This document shows positions 33,019-52,390 of a stretch of DNA of 64,000 bases, piece by piece; positions within the stretch are counted from its first letter, which is position 1, and each line of letters begins with the position of its first letter. The notes under the pieces are model-generated. The model was not told the DNA's origin. It made no database searches and saw only the letters and a program-made list of their open reading frames with translations. Origin of the DNA: the human T2T-CHM13v2.0 reference genome, Homo sapiens; the NCBI RefSeq assembly GCF_009914755.1, contig NC_060935.1; one strand, 5' to 3'. Position numbers and translations under genes: made by a program.

Positions 33019-33410
33019 TAGAGACGGGGTTTCACCATGTTGGCCAGACTGGTCTCGAACTCCTGACCTCAGGTGATCCACCCCGCCTCGGCCTCCCAAA
33101 GTGCTGGAATTACAGGCATGAGCCACTGCACCCAGCTGGATTTTGTTTTTCAAGGACTATTTACCACATACCTACTTTTCAAAATGTACTCCGCTAGGTA
33201 CTGAAGAGTTTTGACTGATGCAGGGCTGTCTGCATGTAAACCACCCTGGGAAGGTTTGTAATACAGAAGTTCCAAGATTCCATCTCCATTGATTCTATTA
33301 TAGAAGGTCTCTGTGGGTCCCTGAATTCCCAGTGTTTAAAAAGTTCCTGATTCTGATGTAGGCCTCCACCACTAACCAAGACGTATGACTTTTTGCTACA
33401 AGATAAGGCA

Positions 33411-33822
33411 AGTGTGGGTCCTCTGAGAAGCAGACATCAATATGGGATTACTCATGCAAGAGATTTGTTAGGGGAAGTGATTGTGAAGGGAAAATGGGGA
33501 GGGAGCTAAGGGCGTCTGAGAAACCATCAGATTGAGATGTGGGTCTGGCCCCAGGTGAGGAGGTGAAGGAAGGAAAAGAGTCTTAGATTTCAGTGCAGTT
33601 CTATAAAATTTCAGCAAAGCCACAAAAATTATCTGCCAGAGTCTCACGTCTCCCAGGAACAGGACTGCCTTAGTATCTCAGCCATGCTCAGTCATGGGCT
33701 GGGACCAGCCCATAGGAAGTGTGGCCTTGGCACAAACAGGGTGAAGGATTTTACCTTAGGACTGTTAGTCAATTAGTGTCCCCACAGTGAGAGGTCTGAC
33801 AGGTGCCTTTCACTGCAGCCCC
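33411..33822. mobile_element. Old MaLR LTR (MLT1H/I/J-like)
   Basis: gggtcctctgagaagcagacatc...tgcaagagatttgttagggga...ctcagtcatgggctgg motifs typical of older MLT1 subfamilies. Confidence 0.55.
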
Positions 33823-34101
33823 AGGATATAAGGTACGACATGGAGCTCTCCTACAAGCAGTTTACAATTCAACTTTCAGAATGTAGAAACACAGGGTTAG
33901 AAAAGACATTAACGCTAGTTTAATTACCTTCCTAAGGCTTAAGAAGGCTGAACAGCATCCCTGCTATTCTTGGATACCTTAGAGTTGGCATATTCATACC
34001 TCCATGGGGAGTAGTCCATCTTTGGGCACTTCTGGCTGTTAGAAAGTTGTATTACGTTGTGACAAACTGTTTCTTCTTGATGCTTTAAAAATTAGAAATA
34101 A

Positions 34102-35859
<1,758 letters not shown>

Positions 35860-36655
35860 ATCCTCAGAAATAGAAGAAACTTTGGGGATATGTGCTAAAT
35901 CCTCTCATTTAATAGTGTGAAATCAGACCCACAGAGGATAACCAAATTACCCAAGGCCACAACATACCTAGTTATAGACAGAACTGGAGCTAATATCTAG
36001 GTCAACTGCTCTTTCTACTCTGTACTCGGTTTAATTTTTATTTTAAATTTTCACGGAAAAGAACATTTTTGACAAGTTTATTGTCACACACAACAAGTTA
36101 ATCGCAATGATTCCGATGGTCTCCAGTTTATTTAAAAGAAGCTGCCACATCCCCTATGAAATTACTTTTCTCAAACATCCTGTGAGGGGTGAAGACACGT
36201 AAGAGAAGCAAAGCCAAAGATAATTTCCAGTCATCTAAAGTTGTTTATATTTAGTAGAAGGACCGAAAAAGCAGTATTAAATACACCACCCCACCACCTT
36301 CCCAAACCTTTATACTAAGTGGTAGATGACTATTCATGTAGTTTGGTATTTTACATGTTTGTTTTATTTAGGGTTTATTTGGGAGGAGTTGTTTCTCCAC
36401 ATTTACAAAGCTTTGAATTTTATAAAATACATTTCAATTTAAATTTTGAATTAAAAAGAAAAGATGGAGTACATTTTAAATCTTTGGTCTGAGCTTCAGT
36501 TAGCAAGAACTGCTAGAAAATTCTAAAATAGAAACAATAGCACTTTGGCGTCACCTTGTGGTCAAATGTGAAAAGGTAGGAGAAAAGGATTATGCATATA
36601 GCATAATAAATTTGTGAGGAGTTATTTGTATTTACAGAAGGCAATGGGGGGAAAA

Positions 36656-36690
36656 GTGTGTGTGTGTGTGTATGTGTGTGTGTCTGTGTG
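36656..36690 (+). repeat. Imperfect (TG)n microsatellite
   Basis: Read directly. Confidence 0.9.
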
Positions 36691-37179
36691 ATTAAGTCCT
36701 TCCCTCCTTAGCTTTAAAAGAAAAATATCATATTATAAATTCCAATACTGCCAATATTTGCAACAAAGGTTTAATTTTGTTTGCAGCCATTCTATTTTAT
36801 AATTATTGATAGGTTCATGTGTTTGCCTGGATGCAGGGATACCATCCTTTCTAGCTTTTATCATGTGAGTGATCACTCCTACCCGCTTCCACCCTTGGTA
36901 AAATTGACTCCATGGGAGTGGAGTGGCATCTGACTGGTAATCTGAGAGGCAACAGGCCCTTATCCTAGCCACTCCTAGAGAGGGGGCAACCTCTGCCCCT
37001 GCGGGATGGGCACCATCAGAGTTCAGTCCCGACCATGCCCATTCCATGCCTGAAAATTGGCCAGACTGAGCCCCCCAGCCACAGGCTTCTCTGAGAAGTT
37101 TTCTCTGGCCAGTTTTCAGAATGCCCATTTTCTTCTCAGGCCTCAGGTACATGCCCCTGCCCAGCCTTGAGCAGAGTGT

Positions 37180-38670
<1,491 letters not shown>

Positions 38671-38849
38671 AATTTTATGGTATGTACCCAGTAAAACAAG
38701 ACTCAAAATCATGCTCATTTTATTGAAATGTATAAAACCATAGCTGATCACTTTCTTCTTCCAATTTTTCCCATTGTCATTTCTTCAGTTAGTTCCTTCC
38801 ACCATCATTAACAGTTAATAGAATGCTATTTCATTATTTTTTAATGAAA

Positions 38850-41578
<2,729 letters not shown>

Positions 41579-42328
41579 TTAACAGGCAACGCAACTTTGG
41601 CTGACACCTGAATGAGGGGCAGCCAGTTAGTGGAAGAACCAGAGGGAAGCCTTCCAGCAAGGGAATAGGCTGTGGAGCAGAACAAGTAGGGCAGTGGACT
41701 GAGATGAGGCCTGAGAGGAAGTAGGGCAGGGATTATGCAGAACCTTTGAGGTCATGGCAAGGTATTTGGATTTTATCCTAAGTACAATGCAGAGTTTTAA
41801 AAAGGGAGCAACACAATTGGTTCTGGCTTAATTAATGCTTGGTACCAGGCCCATGGATCATAAGGAACCTGTACAAACCTTTACAGGCTGAATGTCCCAT
41901 GTCAAAGACAAATCCTCATCTCACCCAGCTGGAGCAAGGACTGCTGCATAAACTACTCTCAGTGCTGAAGGAGACAATGCCCTGACGATACCAACTCCTG
42001 ACGAGTCCTGGAGTTAAGACGCATCCATGCAGTAACTGACAACCTAAAGTGAAGAAACGGCTAGGTGCTTAGGTGCTCATGAGTCCAGGGGGCCAACGTG
42101 GAGGCACAAGCTCAGTTACACAGCTGCACAGGTATCCAAGGAAGCATTTCAACCACAGAAAGCAAAGAAACCAGCATTCTCCTCATCCCCAAGGGCCAGG
42201 AATCTCATCCTTTCTTAGCCAAAGCCACTTCTACTGGAATGTTTTTATCACACACTGGAGAACCCACATTTAATTTTGCTTCTGTACCCAGTTTTGGTAG
42301 TGATGCCGCTGAAAGGTGGATTCTCTCA

Positions 42329-42788
42329 CATATTAATTTTCTAGGGCTGGCATAACAAAGTACCACAAACTGGGTGGCTTAAGTGAAAGTTAATTGTTTC
42401 ACAGTTCTGGAGGCTGTTAAGTCCAAGATCAAAGTGTCAGGAGACTTGGTTCCTTCTAAGTGTGAGGGAGAATTTGGTCTATGCCTTTCTTCTTGCTTCT
42501 GGTAGTTTGTTGGTAATCTTCAATATTTCTTGATTTGTAGAAGCATCACCCCAATCTTTGCCTTCATCTACCCATGGTGTTCTCCCTGGGTGTGCGTCTG
42601 TGTTCAAATCTCTCCCAACTTTTCAAAAAATATGGACACTAGCCATACTGAATTAGGGCCCACCCTAATGACCTCATTTTAATTGGATTACCTCTGTAAA
42701 GATCTTATCTCCAAATGAGGTCACATTCTGAGGTACTGGGGGTTAGGACTCCAACCTATCTTAGGGGAACACAGTTCAACCCATAACA
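42329..42788 (-). mobile_element. MLT1 (MaLR) LTR, MLT1B/C-like
   Basis: ctagggctggcataacaaagtaccacaaactgggtggcttaa...gtcacattctgaggtactgggggttaggact...cagttcaacccataaca. Confidence 0.82.
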
Positions 42789-43085
42789 CTGTAAAACACA
42801 AAGGTTAGATATCATTTAAAGTCTGGGCTCAAAATTATGTCATTTAAGAGATACCAGTAATAACTTCCTACTTCATGGTTTTATTGCATTTCTTTGCCAA
42901 ATAAAAAACAAACACAAAATTAGTTTTGGGTTTTTAATACCCTCTGATGAAATGAATTACTTTCAGTAACTGCCATATACAGGAAACTTACCTGCTGCAG
43001 GGGCTAAAATTTCTATCCCTATTGGTTAGAATGAGAAATCATCCACACTTTCTTACCTAGAGACAAACTTTAAAAACACCAAATC

Positions 43086-43836
<751 letters not shown>

Positions 43837-45039
43837 TAAAGTTGTCTCTAGGTAAGAAAGTGTGGATGATTTCTCATTCTAACCAATAGGTATTGTTCAT
43901 GAGAATTAGGAGAGGCCTTACATATACCTTGTTAAAATGAAGTATTTGTCCCTTTAAAATTTAAAATTCAAAAAATAAAATTGACAAATGGGTTCTGTAT
44001 GAATTTACCTTTCGCCCTGTATATAAAGTAAATCTTCAAGATTCCATCAGGGAGATTATCTGCCACTAATAAGTAAACGTACAAAATATGGGTCAGCAAT
44101 TCATTATAGTAAAATCAGAATAATCAAAATAGTGAATATAACAAAACCCGAATAGAAAAATTTAGTGAATGGATACTCTGGTCTACTAAAGTTTTGAAAA
44201 AAACTGAGTCCTAACACTAAATGCTTTTTGTTGTTCCTCGGCTGTGTGGCACATTTCCACACTTTTTTAAAGTTAATGGTGGTGATGCCTTGGACTGTCT
44301 AACACCTAGTCCAGTAGTCTCCTGTCTCTATGCCTAGGTCATCACCTTAAAGGTTAATTTAACAAATCCTTACTTGGACTTATTTTCCAATGATTTTCAT
44401 TAGAATATGGCTTCAATCCTCAAAGCTCCAATTTAAAAATTCCGAGTTTCTTTGATCAAAATATAAATTTGATAATTTCTTATGAATCTTATTCTTCTAA
44501 AGTTTTTAAGCATAAAGGTTGTTTTCTAAATACCAAAAATAAAAACTTGCTAATTTTAATTTTTTGACCAGAATTATTTCCTTTAGCTCATAAGGTTCTG
44601 AAGCTATTTTACATGAACAAAAGCAAACACAAACAGTATTTACTATGCCAGGCACCTTTTTAAGGGCCTTACAGAAAATGGCATGACACTTACAGGCATT
44701 CTTATTAACAAATGACAGGTGAGGGAACTAAGGCACAAAGAAATCAAGCAACCTGTCTAAGGTGACACACGGTAATGGTGGAACTGGGATTGAAACCAGA
44801 GTTGTTTGGCTTCAGAATCTGTGCTCTCAATCACGTCATACTGCCGCTCTTGAAATAACACAAGAAAATGTTTTCTTTAAATTTTATGAAAGACAAAGCA
44901 AAATATAGAAATTCAAAGTTTCATTTCAGCAGCCACCAGGAATTATGTTTTTTTATACATACCTTTCATAAACGTTATCTATTGTGTAGTTATATCAACT
45001 TTTTTCAAATCCAAAGAACGAGGACATAACTCATACAAA

Positions 45040-45045
45040 TTTATT
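45040..45045 (-). terminator. Candidate distal polyadenylation signal of LIN7C (AATAAA)
   Basis: tttatt on + strand. One of several candidates; usage not determinable from sequence. Confidence 0.4.
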
Positions 45046-45636
45046 TTAAATAAGCCTTAAAATCAGAATTAAATTGATAAATGAAGTAATCTATTGAAAA
45101 ATGTTATTTTACATCCATTCTGGGTATTACCACAAATTTTAAAAGTAGAAGCATAGCATTTGCCAGTTATTTTAAAAAACCGAGTCAATACAAATTAGTC
45201 TCAAAGTTCTTGAAAATTAATAAGTGATTTTTCTCACTACTTAACCATACCTGGAATAACCTTTGAAGAAACACTACTAGCAAACTTTAGACAACAATTA
45301 TAAAACCAGATTGTTGGCAGAGGACACAACAAAATGTAAGTTAGAAAATTCATAAACATACATTTATTCAGGAAATACAATTACTAGAATCCTTGATATT
45401 TCAATGATCATTCCACATTATAAAATATTCACAAACATGTAGTTTTTTAAGTCTACACCAGGTCATGCTGACATTCTTTTTGGATAAGCCATAACCATTT
45501 CTTCTATTAAATGCTATAATATCCATTTTAATTGTAAACAAAGTACTTGAGCCAGACTACTTAAGTACTTGAGCAAAATAACTTAAAAAAATCTTAAGAG
45601 GAGGAGGACAATGATATTTTCTAAAAACATATTTGA

Positions 45637-46465
45637 GGCTGGGCATGGTGGCTCACGCCAGTAATTCCAGCACTTTGGGAGGCCGAGGGGGGTGAATCAC
45701 GAGGTCAGGAGATCGAGATCATCCTGGCTAACACGGTGAAACCCCGTCTCTACTAAAAATACAAAAAAATTAGCCGGGAGAGGTGGCACACGCCTGTAGT
45801 CCTAGCTACTCGGGAGGCTGAGGCAGGAGAATTGCTTGAACTGCCTTGAGGTGGCGGAGGCTGAAGTGAGCCGAGATCACACCACTGCACGCCAGCCTGG
45901 GCAACAGAGCAAGACTCTGTCTCAAAAAAAAACAAAAACAAAAAACAAAAAAAAAATTTGAATCGTCAAATCCTAAAGAACTAGGCTGCTATTATCTAGT
46001 ATTATACTAACAAATGAAGTGCCCACATTAAGACAGTACATAATTATTAACGACAATATTTCTCATCTGCAATTTTTAAACATGCTTTCTCAAATAACAA
46101 ACACGTATTTTTGTAAGTTTTAAAGGCAAAGGGGGCAGAATGATGACAGACATAAAAAGCTCACATTTAAATTACTGGTAGATTTTATTAAAAAAAAGAA
46201 AAAAGAAAAAAAAAGATAAGACTGTAATTACTTCCCAAATAAGGAATGCCAAGTACCTTTTATTCCTAAAAGAAATTACTTGGCCAGGTGCAGTGGCTCA
46301 CGCCTATAATCCCAATGCTTTGGGAGGCTGAGGTGGAAGCCAAGGAGTTTCAGGCTGCAGTGAGCTATGATCACACCACTGTGTTCCAGCCTGGGAGACA
46401 AAGCAAGATCCTGTCTCTTTTAAAACAAAAAACAAACAAACCAAAAAAAAAACAAAAAAAAAAAC
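45637..46465 (+). mobile_element. AluY-like (45637-45956) and FRAM-like monomer (46282-46465), antisense within the LIN7C 3'UTR region
   Basis: gagatcgagatcatcctggctaacacggtg diagnostic of AluY; the second is a single right-arm-type monomer. Confidence 0.88.
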
Positions 46466-49100
46466 CTAAGAAATGTAATTAATCATTAAGTAGCTGCAAA
46501 TTGAACTGTTCTATTTTGATACTTCCTAAGAGTGTCCAGTGTAATCAGATCATTTTATAATGGGTTATTGACCCCAGGTGTCCTTTAGAACCACCTGGAA
46601 AGCTTTACAAAAAAAAAAAAAAGGGTGATTTTGATTTAGTTGTTATGGAATAGGACCCAGGTATCAATTTTTTAAAGCTCTGCCAGGCTAATATGTAGCT
46701 AAGATTGAGAATCACTAAGTCAACACATTTTGATATATCAAGAAAATAAATGGAAATGGGGGTGATAATTTATATTTGTAATTTACAAATCAAACATCTA
46801 TCATACACTTACTATGTACCTAGTTTTATTCACGAATCATCCATTTCTAAGATAAAAATTCCCATCATTTCCTCACTGCACTAAACCACCACTGTACATC
46901 TTTGCCAATGAATGACTGTATTTTTCTATGGTCAAGATTTAAAATTCTGGGATACATTATGAAAACTGCATTAATGAAAACAACCTACTGCTATTCATGC
47001 TCAACAGTAGCAAGCTAAACTACTGTACTTGGCTCCTTTGAGCTACCCTTATTTTAAGAATTATAAATAGGTGTCAACCCACACAAAGAACAGATTGTGG
47101 ATTACCGTAGGGAAAAAAATAGCTTACTCAACTTACTAAAAGTTTCAACACCAAAAAAGATTTAACTTGGCTGAAAGTTCTGAAACAGCTGAGACACAGA
47201 ACCAGGAAGCTATAATTTATAATGAAATGTTGATACATACTTAAAAGCTACTGCAGCTGTAGCTATACTAAAATAAGATTTCTTCAGGGTTTACTTACCC
47301 TGAAATGCAAGAATACAAGCATAACAATAATATTACTGTTTTTATATGCACCAATACCTCTCTTTAATATATAAAGCTCTACAACAAATACCTCTAATAA
47401 TTTTACAATTAAATTAAGTCCATACTTCTATACTACTTTGGTCTCAACATTTTTAAAACATCAATTAATTTTGAAAATTTACAATTTAACAACATGATCC
47501 TATCAATAACAAGCACATTTTGTAGTGGATTAAAGACACATTCAACCATGCAATCCAGTGTTCAATACCTTAATGATAAATAACAATGCTGATTGACTTT
47601 TATTTTGAAAAATCATTGAAAACTGGAATAATCATCTGAGACTCACAGTGATCACAAACATGCAGAAAAAAGCATACAATTCTATTCTTCCTGAAGGAAT
47701 GTTACAAAATGCCCACTTTTTTATATAGGGTCAATATGCCAAATTACTTATATTTTTCAATCCATCATCTTCTAACATTTGTCACTTAAATTTTTCTTAA
47801 AGTACAAATGTTCCTGTAAGTTGTAACAGAAAATGAACCCCAACTCTTTCAGTCTTTAAGACCTCAGTCACAGTCCCACACTAATAGCTGCCTTTTAGTA
47901 AAATAGTGACATCCAGTGGACAAATGAAATATTTCTCAAATTCCCATATTTGAATCATAAACAAAAGTTGCCTCTTTAAATCCAACAATTTTAGTATGAG
48001 TTCCTACTTATTTTGATGGAATCTACAGATTCTCATGAATACTTCACATCATAATTTCTATGTATCTTAAATATATCCTCTTTTCTTCCTATTTAAAATC
48101 AATTATTTAAATTGAGCTAGTAAGAATGTCTACTCTTGAAGCTAGTGAGGTTAAAGGTATTACTTTTCCTTCTTTGCTTCAGCTACTTCCCACCACCAAA
48201 TAACTGGTTTGTCTCTAGGAATGGAAGGACTAAAATATAGGGGAAATACTGTGCATTTAAATAAAAATGAATAGTATTTAAAAGAAATCACAAAAGATGA
48301 AATCTGAACCTGTTTTGCATTTATAATTTGATGTACGGTTGAACATAAATAGGGATGTAATAAGTAATGCTATCAATTACATCCTCTTGCCTCAATGCTC
48401 AAATATTAAGAATATGTATTTTAGCAATGATTGTTTCAGTGTTTAAAAACTTACTTTCATAAATCAGTATAAATGAATATCCATTATATATTATGTTTAA
48501 GTAAAAGTGAAAAAACTTGCACTGTACTGAGTCATGATTTACCACTGGTTATATATATTATGTGTGTGTTCAAAGTACAAAATGCAGCAATGATGTTAAC
48601 ATTGACAGTGTAATGAACTGCCGTAGATGAGACTGTTATGCTTAATTTCTTGGAAAACTGTAAAGAAATTTCACAGGTTAAAAAAAATAGAGTAAGCAAA
48701 AAAAAAGAATTGGAGAACTTTACTTTTAAATCAGCAGCTAAATGAAGAAAACTTTTCCTTTCTAAAAAAAGATTAAGAATGTAAAAGTACATTTTAATAT
48801 TAAAAAAGCATTTTAAAAAATCTATAACAACTTTATGACAAAATCTGCATTTGAAAAAGGCCTGTAAAAACAGTAGGACAGAATTGCCCTCATCACCTTT
48901 TACTTTTTCTTGTCAGAAAAAAGTGTATGCATCTCTGGAACCATAAATGATGTTAAAATAGGCATTTATAAAATGACAAGGAGAATTTCATGATAAATTT
49001 GTTTGTTTTCTTACAATCATTGGCATTGCAGCCATTAGTAAGTCACAAGGAAAACTTCTCTAGCTAAAACGCAAAATGAAATATCAAGTTTTGAAATGTA

Positions 49101-49256
49101 TTAGGTCTGTTGCCTGCGTTTTGCTGATCTCATTTTTTCAAAGCGCGACTCCATTTCTTCTAAGACTTTGGGTGTGTATCGTACCACTAATTTAACCTTT
49201 CCTTGTGCGGCTTTCAGCAGTTCTACAGCTTTTTCATGATGTTCTCCTTCAACACT
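49101..49256 (-). CDS. LIN7C: LIN7C exon 5 coding part (end of PDZ, C-terminus, TAA)
   Basis: [51 protein letters not shown]; the five exons sum to 197 codons + stop. Confidence 0.98.
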
Positions 49257-49810
49257 CTAGGGGAAAAAAAAACAACCAACCATACACTAATATCTAAGTT
49301 TTGAAAGTAACTCAAAATGCAAAAATGTTTACAATATATATAATGAAGAAAAGTTTTAATGTTATATTATTCCAACATTACAAAACTAAGAAATAATCCT
49401 GCCTTACCATTTTAATCTATATGAAATCCTCTCTTACATCATATTCTGTTTATAGTCTAAAAGCTGGCTTTTAAGTTCCAAATAATTAGCATATTAATCT
49501 ATATGCCTTATTATTTCAGTAGATCAAGCAATTGGCATTTTATAAGAGTAAAATGAGGGTAGACTTCTAATTTAAGGTATTGCCTTTAATAAAGAGCTTA
49601 TGTCATAAAAATGACATTAAGCACTGCTAATTTACACTGCAAAATACACTTATAGTGCTTAAAAAAAAGGATCACTGTATTAATAGTACTGCCTAGGATT
49701 CCCTCAAGGCATTTCTAAACCACAAGTTTCTTAGGTTTCTCCTATTACTCAAATACGCCCCCAGGTGGTCACAACAGATCACTACAAATAGAAATAAAAT
49801 TCATCCTTAC

Positions 49811-50020
49811 CACTCCATTAACAGAGAGGAGTTGATCTCCACGTTTGAGGCCCCCATGTCTATCAGCAATTCCACCTGGAATTATTCGGGATATATAGAT
49901 TGGAGAGTTTTGTTCTTTGCCTCCCATAATATTGAATCCAAGGCCCTCTTCTGTTTTTGGTAGCTCAACAACTCGAGGATGAGAATGTCCTTCACTGGCA
50001 GCAAATGCAGCAACAGTAGC
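49811..50020 (-). CDS. LIN7C: LIN7C exon 4 (PDZ domain, GLGF loop; 210 nt)
   Basis: [70 protein letters not shown]; CAG acceptor, GTAAGG donor. Confidence 0.98.
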
Positions 50021-50079
50021 CTGAAAGAAAGTTTTACATATTAAAAATATGACTTTTATTTACTTCAGTTCTTTCATCT

Positions 50080-50377
50080 TTTGTTTCCCCCCGAGATGGA
50101 GTCTCGCTCTGTCGCACAGGCTGGAGTGCAGTGGCGTGATCTTGGCTCACTGCAAGCTCCACCTCCTGGCTTCACGCCATTCTCCTGCCTCAGCCTCCTG
50201 AGTAGCTGAGACTACAGGCGCCTGCCACCACGCCCGGCTAATTTTTTTGTATTTTTTTTTAGTAGAGATGGGGTTTCACCACATTAGCCAGGATGGTCTC
50301 GATCTCCTGACCTCGTGATCCGCCCGCCTTGGCCTCCCAAAGTGCTGGGATTACAGGCGTGAGCCACTGCGCCTGGC
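50080..50377 (-). mobile_element. AluY in LIN7C intron 3
   Basis: gcaagctcc, ttcacgccattc and ggatggtctcgatctc diagnostics. Confidence 0.92.
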
Positions 50378-51946
50378 CTCTTTTGTCTCTTTTTAAAAAC
50401 TACTTTTGAGCACGTATTTTTGACGTCTGAATGCTCACAAATTCACTGGTGATTCTGAGAAGGTAAGCTAAACAGAAGGTATTTTAGAGACGACAAATGA
50501 ATAATTTCGAGTTATGCAGGAAATGTTACGATTTTTTGTTATGATTTTTTAGGTCATTCCTAGCCCATTCAGTGCCCACTCTTTTGTGCAGTCCTGTATG
50601 CGCAGGGCTTGGCAAGCAGACTTACTGGGCAGACTGATATTGTACATGGTAAGGAGGAAAACCCCTTCCCCAGCATGCTAGCAGCCCTGGGCTTTAGATC
50701 TGGATCGCCCAACTCCTTCAGGAGCCTTTGTGCAGGACACAACCTACCTATATAATCAACATGGAGTTGCCCTTATATGTAATCATTTTGGCTTCTGTAC
50801 TATTTGTACTATATACTAAATATCTAAGATGTCAAGAAATAACTCAATATTGAGAAAAAGAGAGGTACATATAGCCAATCTGAATGTTTTGTTGCTTTAG
50901 TTAACTAGACACAACTAAAAATCCCCACAGAAGATGAAACAGAGCCGTATCTTCTTTAAAGCTCAACTTTAGACTAATCCAAACTAATTATAAAGTTGAG
51001 ATTTTGTTTCACTTTGCTTTAAAGGGTAATTATCTAGTACCATTTTTTTGTGATGGATCACAAAAATGGGGAGGAGGAAAGAAATCAAGATTTACTGAAC
51101 ACCCGTTATCTTTGAAGAAATCAAGATTTACTGAATACCCGTTATCTTCGAAGCTCTGAAAAAGGCCTCATTTTTCAGATAATGGAATTAAGGCTCAGAA
51201 ATTCAGTAGGCTATCAAACTCACACAACTCAGCAATTAAAACCATGTTTCTCTGGTCTTTTCTACACTGATAAACTATATCCACATGTTTAAGTATTTGT
51301 ATTCAACAAAGAATCCACCATTTCCTTTTGTGAGCCAGTAACTATCCATAAAAAACTATCTGCTGATGATTAATTTAAGTCACCGACTGCTGATATTACC
51401 CTGTTCAAACCCCCTATCATGAATAGTGAGGTCAATACCTAAATTATTTGAGGAAAACAATGGCACAGAAATGCAGATAATGTAAAGAAGAAAGCAAAAA
51501 TCAACTCGGGGAAGTACCCCAGCTCTATCATATGCTATTTGTGTGGTTTGCGGCAAATCACCTCATGCTTCCTCATCAATAAGATGAGGATAGTAATTCA
51601 TATCTTAAAATTCTGATTAGATTTTGTATAATGAATATTATATAGTATCATATATATAACATATACAACACAATTATATATTGCATGATACATATTGTAT
51701 GCAAGTACATTTCTATTGCATTATCTAAACTGCATGATAAAATAGCTTATGTAAGCTATTTATCATGCAGCATTTATGTAAAGGCAATAGAAACAAATGT
51801 CTTATTTCTTAGTACTTGAGAAATTTGGTGTAGCTTGAAAGATACATGTTAGTCTTCAAAGTAAGTTTATTATGAATTTAATAACTCCATATTTTAAACT
51901 TCTAATTTATGAAGAATTCTTACTTTTGGAAAACAAAAAAATTTAC

Positions 51947-52018
51947 CTTTGCAGTAGCGTTCGCTCTCACTTCAGGACTGCTACTGATGTCCACAGTCTC
52001 ATAGACATGTTCATATAC
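51947..52018 (-). CDS. LIN7C: LIN7C exon 3 (72 nt, phase 0-0)
   Basis: CAG|GTA acceptor; [24 protein letters not shown]; donor AAG|GTAAAT. Confidence 0.97.
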
Positions 52019-52271
52019 CTGTAAAAGCCAAAGTTATATCTCAGAATATACCATGCTTGAGTTCTCTGTGAAGTTAAAATTTCAGGCGAAGTTAAAATTT
52101 CAGGCAAATTTATGCATCTTTATAAAATGGTTTTATCAGAAATTCCAAAAATGAGAGGGACTGGTTTTAATGTTTTCTAAAGTTTTTCTTAAGAAATGTT
52201 GAACCCAAATTTAGAGTATTATCTGACCTAATTAACTCAAATTTTTGTAAATTTTAATGATGTTTACTCAC

Positions 52272-52390
52272 CTCTCTCACAGCATTGCAGAATTCACTTT
52301 GAAGGACTCTTTGCAAAGCCTGAAGTTTCTGTGGTGGTACTTCTCCACTCCTTTGTAGTTTTTCCAATAATTCAATTGCTCTACAAATAT
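52272..52390 (-). CDS. LIN7C: LIN7C exon 2 (L27 domain; 119 nt)
   Basis: TAG|AT acceptor; encodes [40 protein letters not shown]; donor GAG|GTGAGT; phase fits exon 1. Confidence 0.97.

Larger units (their letters stand above)
45000..49100 (-). other. LIN7C: LIN7C long AU-rich 3' UTR (~4 kb; distal end approximate)
   Basis: AT-rich, repeat-poor sequence after the stop, with several minus-strand AATAAA (47599, 46825, 46259, 46184, 45363, 45040). Length partly from recalled mRNA size. Confidence 0.65.

Noticed and set aside
51079-51150. 36-bp direct repeats as a CRISPR-like array
   Set aside because: Two adjacent copies with no spacer, in human intronic DNA.
51743-51758. TAGCTTAT (first 8 nt of miR-21) inside the intronic palindrome
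   Set aside because: The match ends after 8 nt, and a 19-bp stem with a 2-nt loop is not a pre-miRNA.
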